Assembly (NCBI GenBank): GCA_964016885.1
Contig: OZ024757.1
Span: 11,222,001-11,286,000 of the forward strand
Reading direction: 5' to 3'
DNA: 64,000 nucleotides
Source of the DNA: Eledone cirrhosa
Taxonomy: Eukaryota
Shown here: in pieces, positions 41,130 to 59,215 of the stretch
How positions within the stretch are numbered: position 1 is the first letter of the stretch
How the letters are laid out: every line of letters starts with the position of its first letter
The notes under the pieces: model-generated
Told to the model about the DNA's origin: nothing
Seen by the model: only the letters and a program-made list of their open reading frames with translations
The model's database searches: none
Program-made: the position numbers and the translations under genes

Positions 41130-42160
41130 TATCATTTCTTCACTATATTCATTGTTAATTCTCACCTTGCTCACCGTTTCTTTATACATGGCTCTCACAT
41201 GCCATTCATCTACTCATAGTTTTCTAAGGGTCCACCAGAAAATGTAGCTGGGGACTCTGTCTAAGGCTTTCTCCAAGTCAACGAAAGCTAAGTAGAGGGG
41301 TTTACTTTTAGCTAGGTACTTCTCCTGTAGTTGTCGTACAAGGAAAAGAGCGTCTATGGTACTTTTACCTGACACAAACCAAAACTGCATTTCATCTAGA
41401 TCAATTCTGTCTCTGATTAGCTGTGCAATAACGCTTTCTGTGACCTTCATGACCTGGTCAACTAACTTAATGCCTCTATAGTTTCCCCTATCTAGGGTAT
41501 CTCCTTTACCCATGTAGCAGTTAACGATGATGCTGCTACGCCAGTCATCTGGTATGACCCCATTCTGCATTACTTCGTTTACTATCTGTGTGACCATAGT
41601 ATGTCCCACCATTCCAGATGCTTTCAACATCTCAACAACTATCTCCAGAGGCCCAGCTGCCTTGCCCGTCTTCATAGCTTTGATTGCCTTATATACTATA
41701 CTACCATTAACTTGCACTGCTGGTCCCTCTATTGGATCAATTTGGGGAAGACTACCTTTTACCAATTTATTCTCCTCATTTAGTAGTCTCTCGTAGTGAC
41801 ACTTCCAAGCTATCTTCTTATCAGTAAAAGTGAGGGCAAGGACACCATCATCATTACGGACTCACTTCTCCCTGACAATATCACGATTTTCCTTGATACA
41901 TTGTTTAGCAATCCTGAACACCTCACGTTTTTGGTCCTCGTGTTGTAGAAAATGCTTGAACTTTCTATCCCCTGCTTCCCTTCTTGCAAGGTACACTTGT
42001 CTCCTAGATTCTCTCCTAGCCACTTGATAGTGTTCTCTACTTCTCCCATCACACCATACTACTCCACCCAGCCCATTGTCATTTCCCACCCAGAAAGGTT
42101 TATAACATCGTTTTTTACCCACAATGACTCTAGCAGACCATCCCCTCCACCTAGTCTCTT
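41130..42160 (-). pseudogene. RTE-clade LINE reverse transcriptase fragment (frameshifted)
   Basis: MKTGKAAGP, PDDWRSS, GKGD..RGNYRGIKL, QFWF..GKSTIDALF, LAFVDLEKALDRVP. Confidence 0.88.
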
Positions 42161-42182
42161 GAACACAAATATATATATATGA

Positions 42183-42216
<34 letters not shown>

Positions 42217-42339
42217 CTACATATATATATATATATACACTACATATATATACATATATATACTACATACATACACTATAATGTTGTCCAAAGGAATGGC
42301 TGAAACAGGTTGACACCAATGATGTCACAGCTCATCATT

Positions 42340-45282
<2,943 letters not shown>

Positions 45283-48200
45283 AGGAAGCGAGGGCATCGG
45301 CTACCGGCACCCGGGTTGCTCTCGGGATTCTGAGTGGGATCTTCCGGCGCCACCTGAGCCAAGCGATGTTGACCAGCGAGGCTTGGGTGTCAGGCAAGCT
45401 CGTTGTCTCATCTGGTGGTGTGCTAGTCGGCCGTGGCTGGGCAGACGAGGCGAAGAGACAGTTTCAACTTCTCAACGTTGCGAGGGCACTGGAGGTTTGA
45501 CGCATCAAGCTAACACAGTTCCAGACCCTCTTCCGTCTATTCGTGGTGTTGCAGGTGTCGACTGGTGGGGATGGAGGATGGGGCGTGGGGCACCAAGCAA
45601 CTTCAGGGGTGAGTGGCTGGTTGTCACCAGCCTAGGTGCTAGGCACAACTGTGTTGGTGGAAGGGAGAGAGCTGATAAGAGGGCCTCATAGCTCACCTAC
45701 ATCAGATATGGAGGCGTCAGAAGACAAGAGAGAAAAGAAGGGGGGTGCATGGAGGGGGACACACATGAAGGTAGAATGTTAGCAAATAATAAATGAATGA
45801 ATGGATGAATATACAAAAAAGAAAACAGGGGTTGTTCCCAGTGGAAAGACCCAGAGTTCAGCACGCACACATGCGAGCATGTTAGCAGTTTCTCATAGAA
45901 CCTTGTGGCTAAAGGTGAGTCTTTCAATCCTGAAAACATATGTGCTGTTGTTGTTGTCACTGATGCTGGAGTTGGTTTCCTCTTGTTAATGGTAGTGTTT
46001 GTTGGTAAGTTGTTGGTGTATACACATATATGTTGTTGTTGTTATTGTCACTGATGCTGGAGTTGGCTTCCTCTTGTTAATGGTAGTGTTTGCTGGTAAG
46101 TTGTTGGTGTATACACATATATGTTGTTGTTGTTAATGTCACCGCTGCTGTCGCTGCCTTCCTCTTGTTGATGATGGTGGTAGTTGAAACTGCTACCTAT
46201 TCGGGCTGCCAGGCTGGTTGCTGGGGCTCGAACGCCTTCTTTAACCGAAGATGCGGGGTCGTTGTTATTAACACTGTTTCTGTCGTTGCCTTCCTCTTGT
46301 TAATGGTAGTGATAATTGTTGGTGCTACCTATATCGGCTGTCAAGCTGGCTGCTGTATCAGCTTCTGTGAGTGACGCTCCAATGGCCTTCTTGACCAAAG
46401 ATGCAGGTCAATGGCTTTTAAATAAATATATTCTCTATTTTTTTTCTCTCTTTCTAATCCGATTCATTATCATCAATTGGAAAGACCAATGGAAACATTG
46501 TTTCCTTGGTCCAATCTGATGAGTTCGACTCCACTGAGATGTTGAGATTTGTTACCAAAAAATCACTAAAATCAAGATACTGGGTTGGTATAACTACCTG
46601 GTTTGTATGTGTCTGTTGTGGTGTGGTTTGGTGTGTGGTGTGTTGTGGTGTTTTGATGAGGTTTGGTGTGGTATGTGGTGTGGCGAGATGTGTATATTGT
46701 GGTGTTTTGATGCAGTGTGTGTGTGTGCAGGGTGATGTGTAGTATAAAGAGGAAACTTTACACACATAGGACCTAGAAGGGGTTTGTGAGGACTCTACCC
46801 CCTACAACCCTCTCAGAAATAAATGGCTGAAGAAAAAGAGAAGAAAGTTGTAAAGTATTTTCAAATGTGAATTATTTTTTTAAAAAGTCAAAATTTCAAC
46901 TGTCATGAAAGTACCATCCAACAATTATTAAAGTTATGCAATTGTTTTTATTGTGGATATTTTGTCATAAATGTAAATATAAACCAGTTACGGTTTACAA
47001 AATAAACACACAAACACATCAATGTTTTTTTTGTTTAATTGATGTAGTCATAAGGGTGTCACTGTGGACATTTGAAGCTTGGTGGAGCCCTTCACTCTCC
47101 AGGTTTGAACAGTTGATTTCTTCCAGAGAAGGAGAGAGAATAAGAGGAAGGAAGTGAGATAGAAATATAGAGAGGAAGAACAGACCCCAGTGATAGACTG
47201 GTATTGTTTTTATCAACCTTGAATGGATGAAAGAAAGTTGACCTCAGCAGGATTAAAATACAGAGAGCAGAGAACCAGGATAAATATGGCAGAAAGCATT
47301 CTATCTATTGTTTTATAGACTTTAAATAAATGTTTCTACTTTTGACTCAAGGCCAGCAATTTGAAGAGAAAGGGGAATGCCAATTAAATCAGGCCCAGTG
47401 CATTACTGTTACTGTTTTTTATCAACCTTGAATGGATGAAAGTCAAAGTTGACCATGGCATGATTTAAACCCAGAGTAACTTTATGACACAAAGCATATC
47501 GTCTGACACTCTACTGATTCTGCTAATCCACCACCCTCAACAATGAAATGAGATTGTGTCTCTGTAAGAGCCCTTAATGACAAATAATATGAAGGGGTAC
47601 TTTCTACAGGGTGTATTTGTTAATTACAATACAAAACCTCTGAGAATGATTTCCAACATATTTCACCATAATAAATGTTCATCTATATATATTAATATTA
47701 TTATTATTCTCTGCTAGCATGTGTAGTGTGTATATTTATATTATATGCAGGTATATATATACATGTAGATATGATACATCAAATAAAATCGGAATTGACA
47801 ATATATAATACATAGAAATTGAACGAAGACTGCATTACACTGTCTTATTTAATCAGTAACGTAATCCATGATACATTAAAAAAGACGATATTATATATAA
47901 ACTGCATTAGGAGAAAATTAGTGACAGAAATATATAAATGTTTATTTAAGTGATGGCCAACCGGATGTGTTGACATTTCAGAAATTTTAAAGAAGTGAAT
48001 CTTTAAATAAACAAAATATATTTAATCAACAGCCACGAAATTTAGTAAATAAATTATGTAATATTCATTCATTATTTATTCAAAGTAATGCAACTTATTT
48101 TACTAATGCGATAACAAATTATAAACTGTATGCAGTCCCGCGCTCCTAACTTTATTATAGTTTAGATTTATTAGGTCAGGTGGATTGGCCAGAACAATTC

Positions 48201-48605
48201 TACTCTTCTTTTTTAGATGTCTCGATCTTCCATGGCATTCCTGAGATCATTAATCTCCAGGTGGACATCCTGAGACATCTGATCTATGTAGGTTAATCTC
48301 AGTCATCCCACTAGGGTCTTACAATGTTCAGGTATCTACAACAATAGCTAGCTCATCTTACCCTCAGTAGCAATGTCCAGAATATCTTGTCCTCCGCTCC
48401 CTAGTTATTGTGGTAATCTGTGCTATATATATCAGATTAATGTATTGAAAAATAAAAATAACAAATATATATATATACATATACACACACACACACACAA
48501 CATATATGTTGAGATGTATAAGATTTCTCAAGCTTCACATTTTATATTCTGCCTTCCAAAGTGTGTCTATATATTTGTGTTTTTCATATTTCACAGTGAT
48601 GGAGT

Positions 48606-49115
48606 TTACCGCAAGTCTTGACTACGTAGGTGAACAACCATTGACGAATTCTGATTGAGAGATTTCCCACATATTTCACAATGGAAGGGTTTTTCACCTG
48701 TGTGACTCCGTACGTGGATGACAAGATTAGAATTATTTATGAAAGATTTCTCACATATTTCACAGTGGAAGGGTTTTTCTCCAGTGTGACTCCGTATGTG
48801 GACGACAAGAGTAGAATTATTAGTGAAAGATTTCTCACATATTTCACATGAATAAGGTTTTTCTCCTGTGTGCTTTCTTTTGTGTTCTACAAGAATGTAC
48901 TTCTGGGTGAAAGATTTCCCACATATTTCACAGTGGAAGAGTTTTTCTCCAGTGTGACTCCGTATGTGGATGACAAGAGCAGAATTATCAGTAAAAGATT
49001 TCCCACATATTTCACAGTGGAAGGATTTTTCTCTACTGTGTATTTTCTCGTGTGAGGATAGTTTCAGTGTTGAAGAGAAAGTTTTCCTGCAAATCTCACA
49101 GCTATATTCAGACAT
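48606..49115 (-). CDS. C2H2 zinc-finger protein (5 intact fingers plus 1 degenerate), possibly truncated
   Basis: 169 aa ORF of tandem CEICxKSF..H..SHTGEKP; degenerate finger-like sequence continues out of frame beyond the stop. Confidence 0.75.
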   Translation of the reverse strand: MSEYSCEICRKTFSSTLKLSSHEKIHSREKSFHCEICGKSFTDNSALVIHIRSHTGEKLFHCEICGKSFTQKYILVEHKRKHTGEKPYSCEICEKSFTNNSTLVVHIRSHTGEKPFHCEICEKSFINNSNLVIHVRSHTGEKPFHCEICGKSLNQNSSMVVHLRSQDLR

Positions 49116-50612
49116 ATTTCATAAAGGAATCTCACCACTTCCACTCATATATTAAGAAATGTAGAATTCAGTTGGTAAAGTAATAAGATGTATGAAAGTG
49201 TAAGACTGACCTTGGAAGAAGAAAAAGCAAGTGCTTATATATATGTGTGTGTGTGTAAACTTTTTTATTTTTGTTAAGGTGAGAGAAGCTCTATTCACAA
49301 TAAAATCCTCAGCTCATAAAACAGACGAATAAGACTTCTATAGTTAAGGTTCTTGTTATTGAGGACAGTTCAGGTGACAAGAGAATTAATATTCATAATT
49401 ACAAAAGATGAAGGTTAATATAAATACATATATATACAGACATACAGTGTGTACGTATGAGAAGAGAAATATAAGTGTGTGTAGAAATGTGTGTAAGTGT
49501 TGTAATAAATCAAGATATTTCACTTCAGATAGAAAAGTTCACAATGTTTGTGTTGTGGTGGAAAACGAAATAATACGTACTTTAGTTTTCAAGACCAAAT
49601 ATAAAGTCAAGAAAAGTTAGTAAAAACTAAATGTTCACTGATTTCTGATTAAAATAATATTTTCCTGTCCAGTAAAATGTTGAACAACCACTTCAATATT
49701 TAATAATACAGGTGATAAAACAACAACTATAAGGTAAATAAGTCACCTTATGTTATTTACAAATATTAACGTTCACCTTAATATGAAATAATCGCCATAA
49801 AAGATAAAATTAGATGAGGTTTAAGTTGTAACAATGGAGCTGATATAAATGGTAATATTCCGCTGTCTAGTTGACGCCGGTGTCATGACTTAAAAGTCCC
49901 CTACATAATTTAATACATTCGGAAACAACTTCCGCTATGTTAATTCACACCTTCAATCAATATGCTAACAATAAATAACATTATTAATGAGTTACGTCCC
50001 TTTACGATCTGAGTTCGAATCCCGCCGAGGTTGACTTTGCCTTTCATCCTTACGGGGTCGATAAAATAAAGTACCAGTAATGCACTGGGTAATTGCTGGC
50101 CTTGTGCCTAAAGTAGAAACAATTATTAATGTTACATAACTGTTCATATTAAAACAAAACACATTATTAAAGGTAATAAACTAGAAATGTAAAGAACGAA
50201 AAATGAAAACGAATGAAGCAACTAAAATAATTGTTTCTATTTTTGGCACATGGCCAACAATTGGATGAAAGGCAGTTTCATCCAAGTTAGACCCAGTAAG
50301 GATGAAAGGCAATGTTCATCTCGGCAGGATTTGAACTCAGACCGTAAAGGGACATGACTCTATGCTGCAAAGCATGGCGTCCGACCGTCTATTCATACTG
50401 CCAATCCACCTAATGGGAGAGGGACAGACTCTATACTCCTGTGTGAGCTGTAACTCAGCCTCACCCTACAGACAAAATGGCAAAGGTGTTACCACAGAGA
50501 ATAACCAGAGACACCCACTGCAACATCCACTCCACATATTTAAAGTAATTTTAAATATGAATTATTTCTGAACAAAGTCTTAATATTAACTGTGATGAAA
50601 GAACCATATTAA

Positions 50613-50822
50613 CCCTTTAATGTTCAAACCGGCCAAAACTGGCCAGAATTTTCTACCTTTTTTTGTTCAAACTGGTCACTCATACTGATTTTATGGTATT
50701 TTTCTCAAAATTAATACTTTCAAAATCTCATAGATTCGATATTATGTGAGATAATTATATGAGATAAAGCATTTACCATGAAAATATAATAGTATATATA
50801 GAATACTGTGAATACTAAAGGG
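50613..50822. mobile_element. piggyBac-type MITE
   Basis: TTAA-CCCTTTA ... TAAAGGG-TTAA. Confidence 0.75.
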
Positions 50823-52945
50823 TTAAAGTTATAAAATTGTTTTTATTTTCACATAAATGTGGATATTTTGTCACAAATATAAACATAAATGAGTTAGGTA
50901 TTATAAAATAAACACATAAATCTTTTATTTTGTCTGTTGAACTGATGTAGTCATAGGGGTGTAAATGTGGCCATTTGAAGTTTGGTGGAGCCCTTCACTC
51001 TCCAGGTTTGAACAATTGATTTCTTCCAGAGAAGGAGAATGAAATATAGAGGGGAAGAACAAACCCCAGTGATTGACTGGTATTGTTTTTTGTCAACCTT
51101 GAATGGACAAAAGACAAAGTTGACCTCAGCAGGATTTAAACTCAGAGAGCAGAGAACCAGAACAAATATGGCAGAAAGCATTATATCCATTGTTACATAC
51201 ATAGACATTAGATAATTGTTTCTACTTTTAACACAAGGCTGGCTATTTGAAGGAAAGGGGAATGGAACCCCCAGTGCATTACTGGTACTTTATTTCATCC
51301 ACCCTGTAAGGATGAAAGACAAAGTTGTTCTTGGCAGGATTTAAACCCAGAACATAAAGGGCTGTAACTATATGACACAAAGCATGTTGTTTGATGCTCT
51401 ACTAATTCTACCAAACCACCCCCCTCAGCAATAAAATAAGATTGTGTCTCTATAAGAAACCTTAATAACAAATATGAAGTAGAACTTTCTACAGGGTTTA
51501 TTTGTGGATTACAATACAAAACCTGAGAATAATTTCCAACATATTTCACCATAATAAATGTTCATTAATATATATTATTATTTCGTGGCATTCTTGAGAT
51601 CATTAATCCCTACCTGAACATCCCTAGACATCTGATCTATGTAGGTCATTTTCAGTCATCTCACTAGGGTTTGACTATATTTAGGTATCCACCACAGGAG
51701 CCAGCTCGTCAGGTCATCCATTCATCGGTAGGAATGTCCAGCATATCTTGTCCTCTGCTCCCTAGTTATTGTGGTAATCTTTGATATTTGGCAGTTTATT
51801 CTTCTAATTGATAGAGGAGTATATATATATATCATCATCATCATCATCATCATCATCGTTTAACGTCCATGTTCCACGCTTGCATGGGTTTGGACGGGAG
51901 TTTTCCCACTTGAGGCAAGAGTGGTTGTCTTGCTCGCATAGGACTGTCTGGCGGGTTTTCTACAGCTGGATGCCCTTCCTAACACCAACCACATTTACAG
52001 TGTGGGGCTGGGAGGTTTTTACCGTGTTGCCTACACGGCCACATTACAGCGTGGACTGTGTGTTTTTTGTCGTGACACCTACACGATCTCATTTGTTTTG
52101 GCCTGGATGTTGTGGCACCAACATAACTTTACATTGAAAGGGGCGGTGTGGATGGGGTGGGGGTGGTAGGACGGGGGTGTATTTTGTTAGAGATGCCTAC
52201 TGACTGTAGTAGGTTTTACTTTGTATTTAACAGTAGTATATATATATATATACATAGTGTATATAATAGTTGTTATGTCACAGGTGTCGATCTATATCAG
52301 CCTTTCCCTTGGACAACATGACATATAGTCTATATATATTGGACAATATTATATACAGTGTATATGTGGTGCATATAGTAGTTGTGACAATATTCTATAT
52401 ACATATGTACACACACACTGACAAACATGTATATACATATAGAAGGGTCAGATGAGGTGTTCATAGACTAACCAAGTTACTCTCATGGAATGAGACAATG
52501 TATACACACACATATATACTATATATATGTATACAAACACATATATATTGTATAGTAAAGTCATACAACATATGGTAATATCATGTTTTCAATTGTCAGT
52601 TAGGGAGGTACATTGTGTCCTTAAGCAAGACACATCATTCCACATGTCTCTCATGTTTTTGTTTTTCATCTTTTCATTTCCATTTCTTTAATATTTTATT
52701 ACCTTTAATATTGTTTTATTTTAATATAAACAGTTATGTAACATTAATAATGTTATTTATACAAATCTGAATAAAGAACTAACATATCGATTGAAGGTGT
52801 GAAGTAATATAACAGAAGTTTCTGAATGTATTAAATTATGTAGGGGACTTCAAAGTCATGACACCAGTGTCACTAGACGGTGAAATATTACCATTTATAT
52901 CAGCTCCATTGTTACAACTTAAACCTCATCTAATTTTATCTTTTA

Positions 52946-54030
52946 CTAGCTGGCCCGCCCGGCTAGGTATACCTGCCTCCACCACTCCACTGCAAATATA
53001 CCACACACCCTCCTGTGTCACATTGTCCTTCCGACTCACACTCCCCCTCTTTCTCTCTCTCTCTGAATAACTAACACTTTAATTGTATTACTCTCTGTCT
53101 AACGGCCTATCTCTCTCTTTCCCCCTCCCTCTTTTTTTCTGTCTCTCTCTGTAGATGTGTGTTTGTAGTTTTCCTAATCTTTCTCTAAATCTCTCTCTCT
53201 CTCTCTCACTCTCTCTCTCTCCCTCTCTCTCTGTATATATTGAAGGGAGATACGGAAACTAAAACAGTGTTGTCATATAGAGAGTGAAGAGCGACAGAGA
53301 GAGTAAAGCAGTTAAATTATAGAGAGGGGGAATGATCTTACATACATGTATAAATATAAAGTATAGATGTGTGTGTGTGTGTGTATGAAAGTTTGTGTAT
53401 GTGCATGTCTGTGTGTTTTGATGTTATCCGGCAATTGGGGAAATCAGGTGTGAAAGTATGTGTGTGTGTTATGTGTGTATTTGTGTGTGTGTGTGTGTAT
53501 TTGTGTGTGTATGTGTATGTGTGTGTGTGTGTGTGTATGTGTGTGTGTGTTATGCGAGTGACGACAGAAAAAGTGTGTGGGATACATAATTATATTTGTC
53601 AGGGTTGCCTTTTGATGTATGTATTACCTGCTGTCATATAGAGAGTGAAGAGAGAGAGAGAGAGAGAGAGTAAAGCAGTTACATTATAGAGAGGGGAATT
53701 GGTCTATTATAGAGAGCGGAATTTACATACAACGCTCATCTCTACGGAAAGTAAAAGAGTGTTGTCATATAGAGAGTGAAGAGAGACAGAGAGTAACGCA
53801 GTTAAATTATAGAGGGGGTGAAAGAGGGAGAGAGAGACGACGTTCAGCTTTATAATATTTGAGAGCGAAGAGCGACAGAGAGAGTAAAGCAGTTAAATTA
53901 TAGAGAGGGGGAATGGTCTATTATAGAGAGAGGGAAGAACGACGGAGAGAGTAAAGCTAACAAACTATAGGGAGGTGTGTAGGATACATACATAATACAC
54001 ACGACACTCAGCTTTATAATATTATATATA
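52946..54030 (-). mobile_element. Non-autonomous Helitron-like element with internal GA-rich repeats
   Basis: Minus-strand 3' end gccgggcgggccag-CTAG; it interrupts the repeat shared with 49790-49880; 5' boundary approximate. Confidence 0.5.
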
Positions 54031-56829
54031 TATGAAAATAATTTATGCTTTGATTCGTGAAGACGTTCCCTGGCAATGAACGGAAAGAAGCGAAGATCAT
54101 ACCTCGTTATGTGGACCGTGGAGAACAATTACACGTAAAGACAAAACCACGTTTATGGTATAAATGGAGTCGTAGACTAATATACTATTTAGGAAACTGA
54201 ATGTTTCTCGGCTTTGGAGTTCAGAATAATGTAAATAAATTATAGAACGAAAATGATAGATGTTATTAAAATAATAAAAGTAATAATAATTAAATATATA
54301 CATACACACATTTATACACGTGCATATGTAAAAACACACACCTTGCATGTATATACATGCACGTACACATAAACACGCGCACACAGACGTAAACCGGGGC
54401 GACACATATACCCGCACACGTACGGACATATACACCAAATACACATATAAATATGTGTGTATATACATATAATTATATATACATATATAAATATACACGC
54501 ATAAATGCGTATAGAACGCACACTCACACATACCTACAGGTAAATACACATATGTTCACCAAACGTACATATACCAAAACCCTATGTACATATATACACA
54601 CCATACATACGTGTAAACACACATACACACTCATACATACCCATATATGATGGCTGCCCCCTCGTTATCGAGTATGGCCATTGCACGAGAAAAAACAACA
54701 ATAATAATTGTTTCTACTTTTGGCACAAGGCCAGCAATTATCCCAGTGCATTACTGGTACTTTATTTTATCAACCCCGTAAGGATGAAAGGCAAAGTTAA
54801 CCTCGGCGGATTTGAACTCAGAATAGCAAGGGCCGTAACTCTATGCGTCAAAGCATGGCGTCCGACCCTCTACCGATACTGCCAATCCACCACCCTAATA
54901 ATAATGACAACAACAACAATAATAATATATATATGTATGTGTGTGTATATATATATGCATATAGGGATATGCGTAGATATATGAGTGTGCGTATGAGCGT
55001 GTGGTTGTGGTGTGTGCGTATGTGTACACATATAGACATATGTGTCTATAAGTATGTATGTGTATGTGTGTATGTATACACATATGTATATGTTTATATA
55101 TGTGTGTGTGTGTACACACACACATATATACATGATGTATCTATATGTCAGTGTGTGTGTGCGTACGTACACCCGCATAGGACAGGGTTTGTTTATATGC
55201 GGGTACATGTACCTGTGTGTAGATATGTGTACAGGTCTGTATCTGTACTTATATATTTAGAAGTGCGTCTGTCTTTGTTGCCTACAAAGAATATGCATGT
55301 ATGTGTGTCCATGTATGTGTCTGTGAGTGCTTGTGTATATATGTGCAGATGTGCCCGAACGCCGATATGTGTCCTTGCATGTGTGTACGTGTGTGTCTGC
55401 GCTTGTGCATGCGTGTGACTCAGGATGTGGGGGCCGTGGAGGCAGGCGCCAGTAGACCTGTGGTGGTATAGTTTTGGGTGTATTTGGGTATGTGTAAGAG
55501 AGGGTGTGTGTGTGTGTGTGTGTGCGTATATATTTCTACGGGGATGTGTGTGCCTACACATCTGTGCGTACATGTGTGTATGCATGCAGGTGTATGTGCC
55601 TGCGTGTGTGTGTGTACATGCTTGCGAGTGTGAACAGACGTGTCAGATACCAAACACAGCATGGCTCCATTGAAGTGTGTCGGATGGAGAATGGCTGCTG
55701 ACCTGTGTAGCAGTAAATACTGACCAGAATTTATGAAGACGTAGAAAAACAACAACAAATGGCAAGACAGGAGTGGAAGATGTTGTTTTATGAGGACACC
55801 CCAGTGAGAAAATGTTCTCCGAAAGATGTCCATGTGTCCGAAGAACCTGCAGCCGTAGAATCAGCCAGATGTAGTGACCTACATTCCGTGGGCTCACATA
55901 CATTCTCTGTGCGTGATTTGGCTCAGTTCAGCCAATCAGCGCCAGTAGAAGAGGATGTATCCCTACGCGTCCTGAGGAAGAAATTCCCCGCGAAGATTTG
56001 AAGAATCTATCTCTCGCACCAGGAACTTCGAACCAGCAACACGTACAATGTAACGGTGAGATTTTTCACCCTAGCCTGCCGGCTTTCCAGCGCAATGGCA
56101 CATTCCCTTTTGTAACCTCATTTTATGTGTAACTTCAACCATATAAGTTAACAAACATTGTTTATGCTACATCAAAAATAAACATACATTTCATCTCTAA
56201 TTTCTGCTGTTGAAATCATTATTATGTTACTCGTGTCTCAATAATATCTATAATCCATGTTGCTGGAATTGGCGACCTGACGAAAGGAATATTGTAAATA
56301 AAAAGATGGTAAATAGACGAGGGACCTTCCCTCACGTCTATGTCGACAAGACAATCCAACGAGGATACCATCATTTTACCACACTGGCGATCACGACTAA
56401 TCATTCTGCTACACATACAATGATCATGTCTCGAGCTACCTGTTGGTGAAACAATTGAAACACGCTATAAACAGAGTCTAGATACATCACTGATTTTTCG
56501 TTTTTTTATACTATTCACACTAGCTCTGTAAGAACATTGAGTGCTAATTTTGGCATACCGCCTATAGAAGCACCATAGCTACCATGAAACACACGTATAT
56601 ATATATATACACACACACATATACACATATCTACACACACATACACGTGTGATAGCAACTAACAGCGCTGCGATCGAATGTGGCTTTTTAGCCCAGAAAT
56701 TGATCTAAAATGTCTTGCACAGAGTTGGCAACCAAAACATTCACTGGGAATAGCCGGCTGTGGCTGGAGTTGATGTACTTTTGCATGTCGTTTGAGCCTT
56801 CCTGCTGATTTACATTCTCTACCACATGC

Positions 56830-57130
56830 TTGTCAGGCATGATGAGTAGCATCTCCAACAGCAGCCTGGTAGTCAACCACTGGTCTTACTTTGTGACTGC
56901 GAAGATGACTTTCGAGTCCAGCTTTGCTGAGGCAAAATCTCGCACAGACGCTGCAAATGCAACGGTAATGCCCTTCCTCACATCCCACATTACGATCAGC
57001 AGCAACATTTTCCCATGTATCAGCAGAGATGTTAGCGTCTTTCAAAGAGGCTTTCAAGGAATCCTTATACCTCTTTATTGGTTTATATGGAGGTCGTTTT
57101 CCTTTAACTAACTCTCCATAAAATAGTTGT
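56830..57130 (-). pseudogene. RTE/BovB-like LINE C-terminal fragment
   Basis: KQLFYGEL..GKR..P.KRYKDSLK..WE..AADR..C.VC.R.C.SKAGL.SH.RSH. Confidence 0.8.
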
Positions 57131-57489
57131 TTATACATATACATACGCATAAGAGTTGTATACACATTTACATACATACGTACATATATGTGTATGTATA
57201 TATATAAATATATATAGAGAGAGAACAGTTGTATTGGGTAATTTCGCTGCTATTTCTAGCAGTTAGAGAGACTACATAGAGGTTTTCTTATTGATATATA
57301 ATTGATATTTTATTGAGTGATACTTTCTGATTTACAATCAATTAAATACGATTGGAACTGTGTCTGAACGTATTAAATTATACCAGGGACATTTAAAGTG
57401 TGACACCGGTACGACAGTTGAAACATTCTCAACGACACCGGGTACCTGCTGTCTTCATTATAACTTTAATTAATCTAATTATATCTTGT

Positions 57490-57792
57490 GTTGGTTTTGT
57501 GCCTGGGAAGAGTACAACAGATGCCCTCTTCTTGGTGAGACAATTGCAAGAGCGGTTCTTAGAGAAGAATAAGCCACTATACTTAGCCTTTGTTGACCTA
57601 TAGAAGGCCTTTGATAGGCTTCCCCGATCTGTCATCTGGTGGTCACTAAGAAAACTAGGTGTTGAGGAATGGCTTGTGAGGACAGTGCAAACTATGTACA
57701 GAGGTTCTGTCAGTAATGTCAGGGTAGGAATGGATTTTAGTGAGGAATTCCAGATACAAGTAGGAGTACATCAAGGTTCAGTCCTCAGCCCT
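57490..57792 (+). pseudogene. RTE-clade RT fragment
   Basis: GFVPGKSTTDALFLVRQLQE..LAFVDL*KAFDR..VGVHQGSVLSP. Confidence 0.85.
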
Positions 57793-58007
57793 ACAGCGTA
57801 ACTAGCGGGGGGGGGGACCCCCCCCCCCCCGGCTTTCCTCTCGGTCTAGGTGGGCCCCCTAGGCTATAATTCTAAACACATAACTTATTACACATGTAAT
57901 TACGAATCCTTAACTACAACAACTTAAAGAAAACCCTTAATCTCTAATAAGACTAGAAGTTAAGACCAATTTCTTGTTTATTTAAAGAATATAATATTTC
58001 GGATAAA

Positions 58008-58253
58008 ATGGCAACTGCATCTAAAAAATGTGTGGAGAATATTCAGTCGAATAAAGCGTTACATTTATTTTTATTTGCTTTCTCCACATCTTATTTAGTT
58101 GAGTCAGGTTTCAGTCGGGTTATGCATCTGCTTTCAAAAAGTGGAAATCGCCTTGATATAGAAAGAAGAGGTGGTTTACGACTCTCTCTAACGGCTTTGA
58201 CACCAAACATTGACAAATTAGTAGCCTTGCCTCAATCACAGGGATCTCATTAA
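58008..58253 (+). pseudogene. Buster/Charlie-type hAT dimerisation-domain fragment
   Basis: FSTSYLVESGFSRV..NRLDI..LRLSLT..PNIDKLV..QSQGSH. Confidence 0.75.
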
Positions 58254-58725
58254 AAACCGATTGTTATATTCTTTGATTTGTAAATATATATAAATGATTT
58301 AATATCTAAATTCTATATTATTCTTTTTGTTTGAAATGTTGTAATACATGCTTATGTTATTCTCGATACTCAGTTTTTTAACCTAATATTTAATTAAAAG
58401 TATAATTATGCATGAGTATATACACACAAATATATATTTAGTTGGAATAAAATATTCGTTCTCATCATGAACTTTCTAAAGTTGTAACTTGATATCTGAC
58501 ATCTGCTGTCCTTAAATATTCTGTCCAGAACTTTGACCTAATTGTCTTCCTCTATTGTAACACCCCTCCTCATCCTCTAACTGCTATCCATTGAATTTCA
58601 TCTTTTATCTCCTTTTCAGCCGATGGATTTTGTTGATTTAGAAACCAGCCAATGAATACCATCGGTCAATGTTCCTTTATATTTTGATATGTTTTTTATT
58701 CTTGTAATAAAATTAGTTTTCATTC

Positions 58726-58857
58726 AACACTGACGATAGAGAGCGGATGGAGGTATGTTGTATTTTCTTTATATAATTTGTAAAATATAAAATATATATA
58801 TATATCTTAATGAAAATACACATGCCAATACCTGATCCCTTGAAACGATCGTCTGTT
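58726..58857 (+). ncRNA. Hammerhead ribozyme motif with ~105 nt stem II
   Basis: AACA-CTGACGA-[..ggtatgttgtattttc..gaaaatacacatgcc..]-GAAAC-GATC-GTC-TGTT. Confidence 0.68.
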
Positions 58858-59215
58858 AAAGTGTAAATCAATATTAATAGGAAGAACATGTTCTTTGTTT
58901 AATTTTTCATTGTTTTTCAATGTCTTATTTTGACTCTGTCTTCCAATTGTTTTACATTATTAATTAACTACATGTATTTTTTATGATTTTTCCACATTTG
59001 GATTACATTGAGTTCTCTATACGGATTCGACACTACGGTTTACTCCGGTAGATTAATCTGTTATATATATATATATATATATATATATTTCCTGGACTTT
59101 TGCTCTATGTTTTGTTTTTCGTCGATTATTTGACGTGTTTTACATTCTTCGGTGTTGAATATCAAATCAAGCGAATTGCATTATTCCAACTGTGTCAATA
59201 TAGTGCTCATTAAGA

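Noticed and set aside
46514-46535. CTGATGAG motifs at ~42351 and ~46516 as hammerheads
   Set aside because: No downstream GAAA or matching stems; part of the duplicated ZNF unit
56049-56590. Possible LTR starting TGTAAC and a CTGACGA core at ~56277
   Set aside because: No second LTR, primer-binding site, TSD or convincing HHR stems
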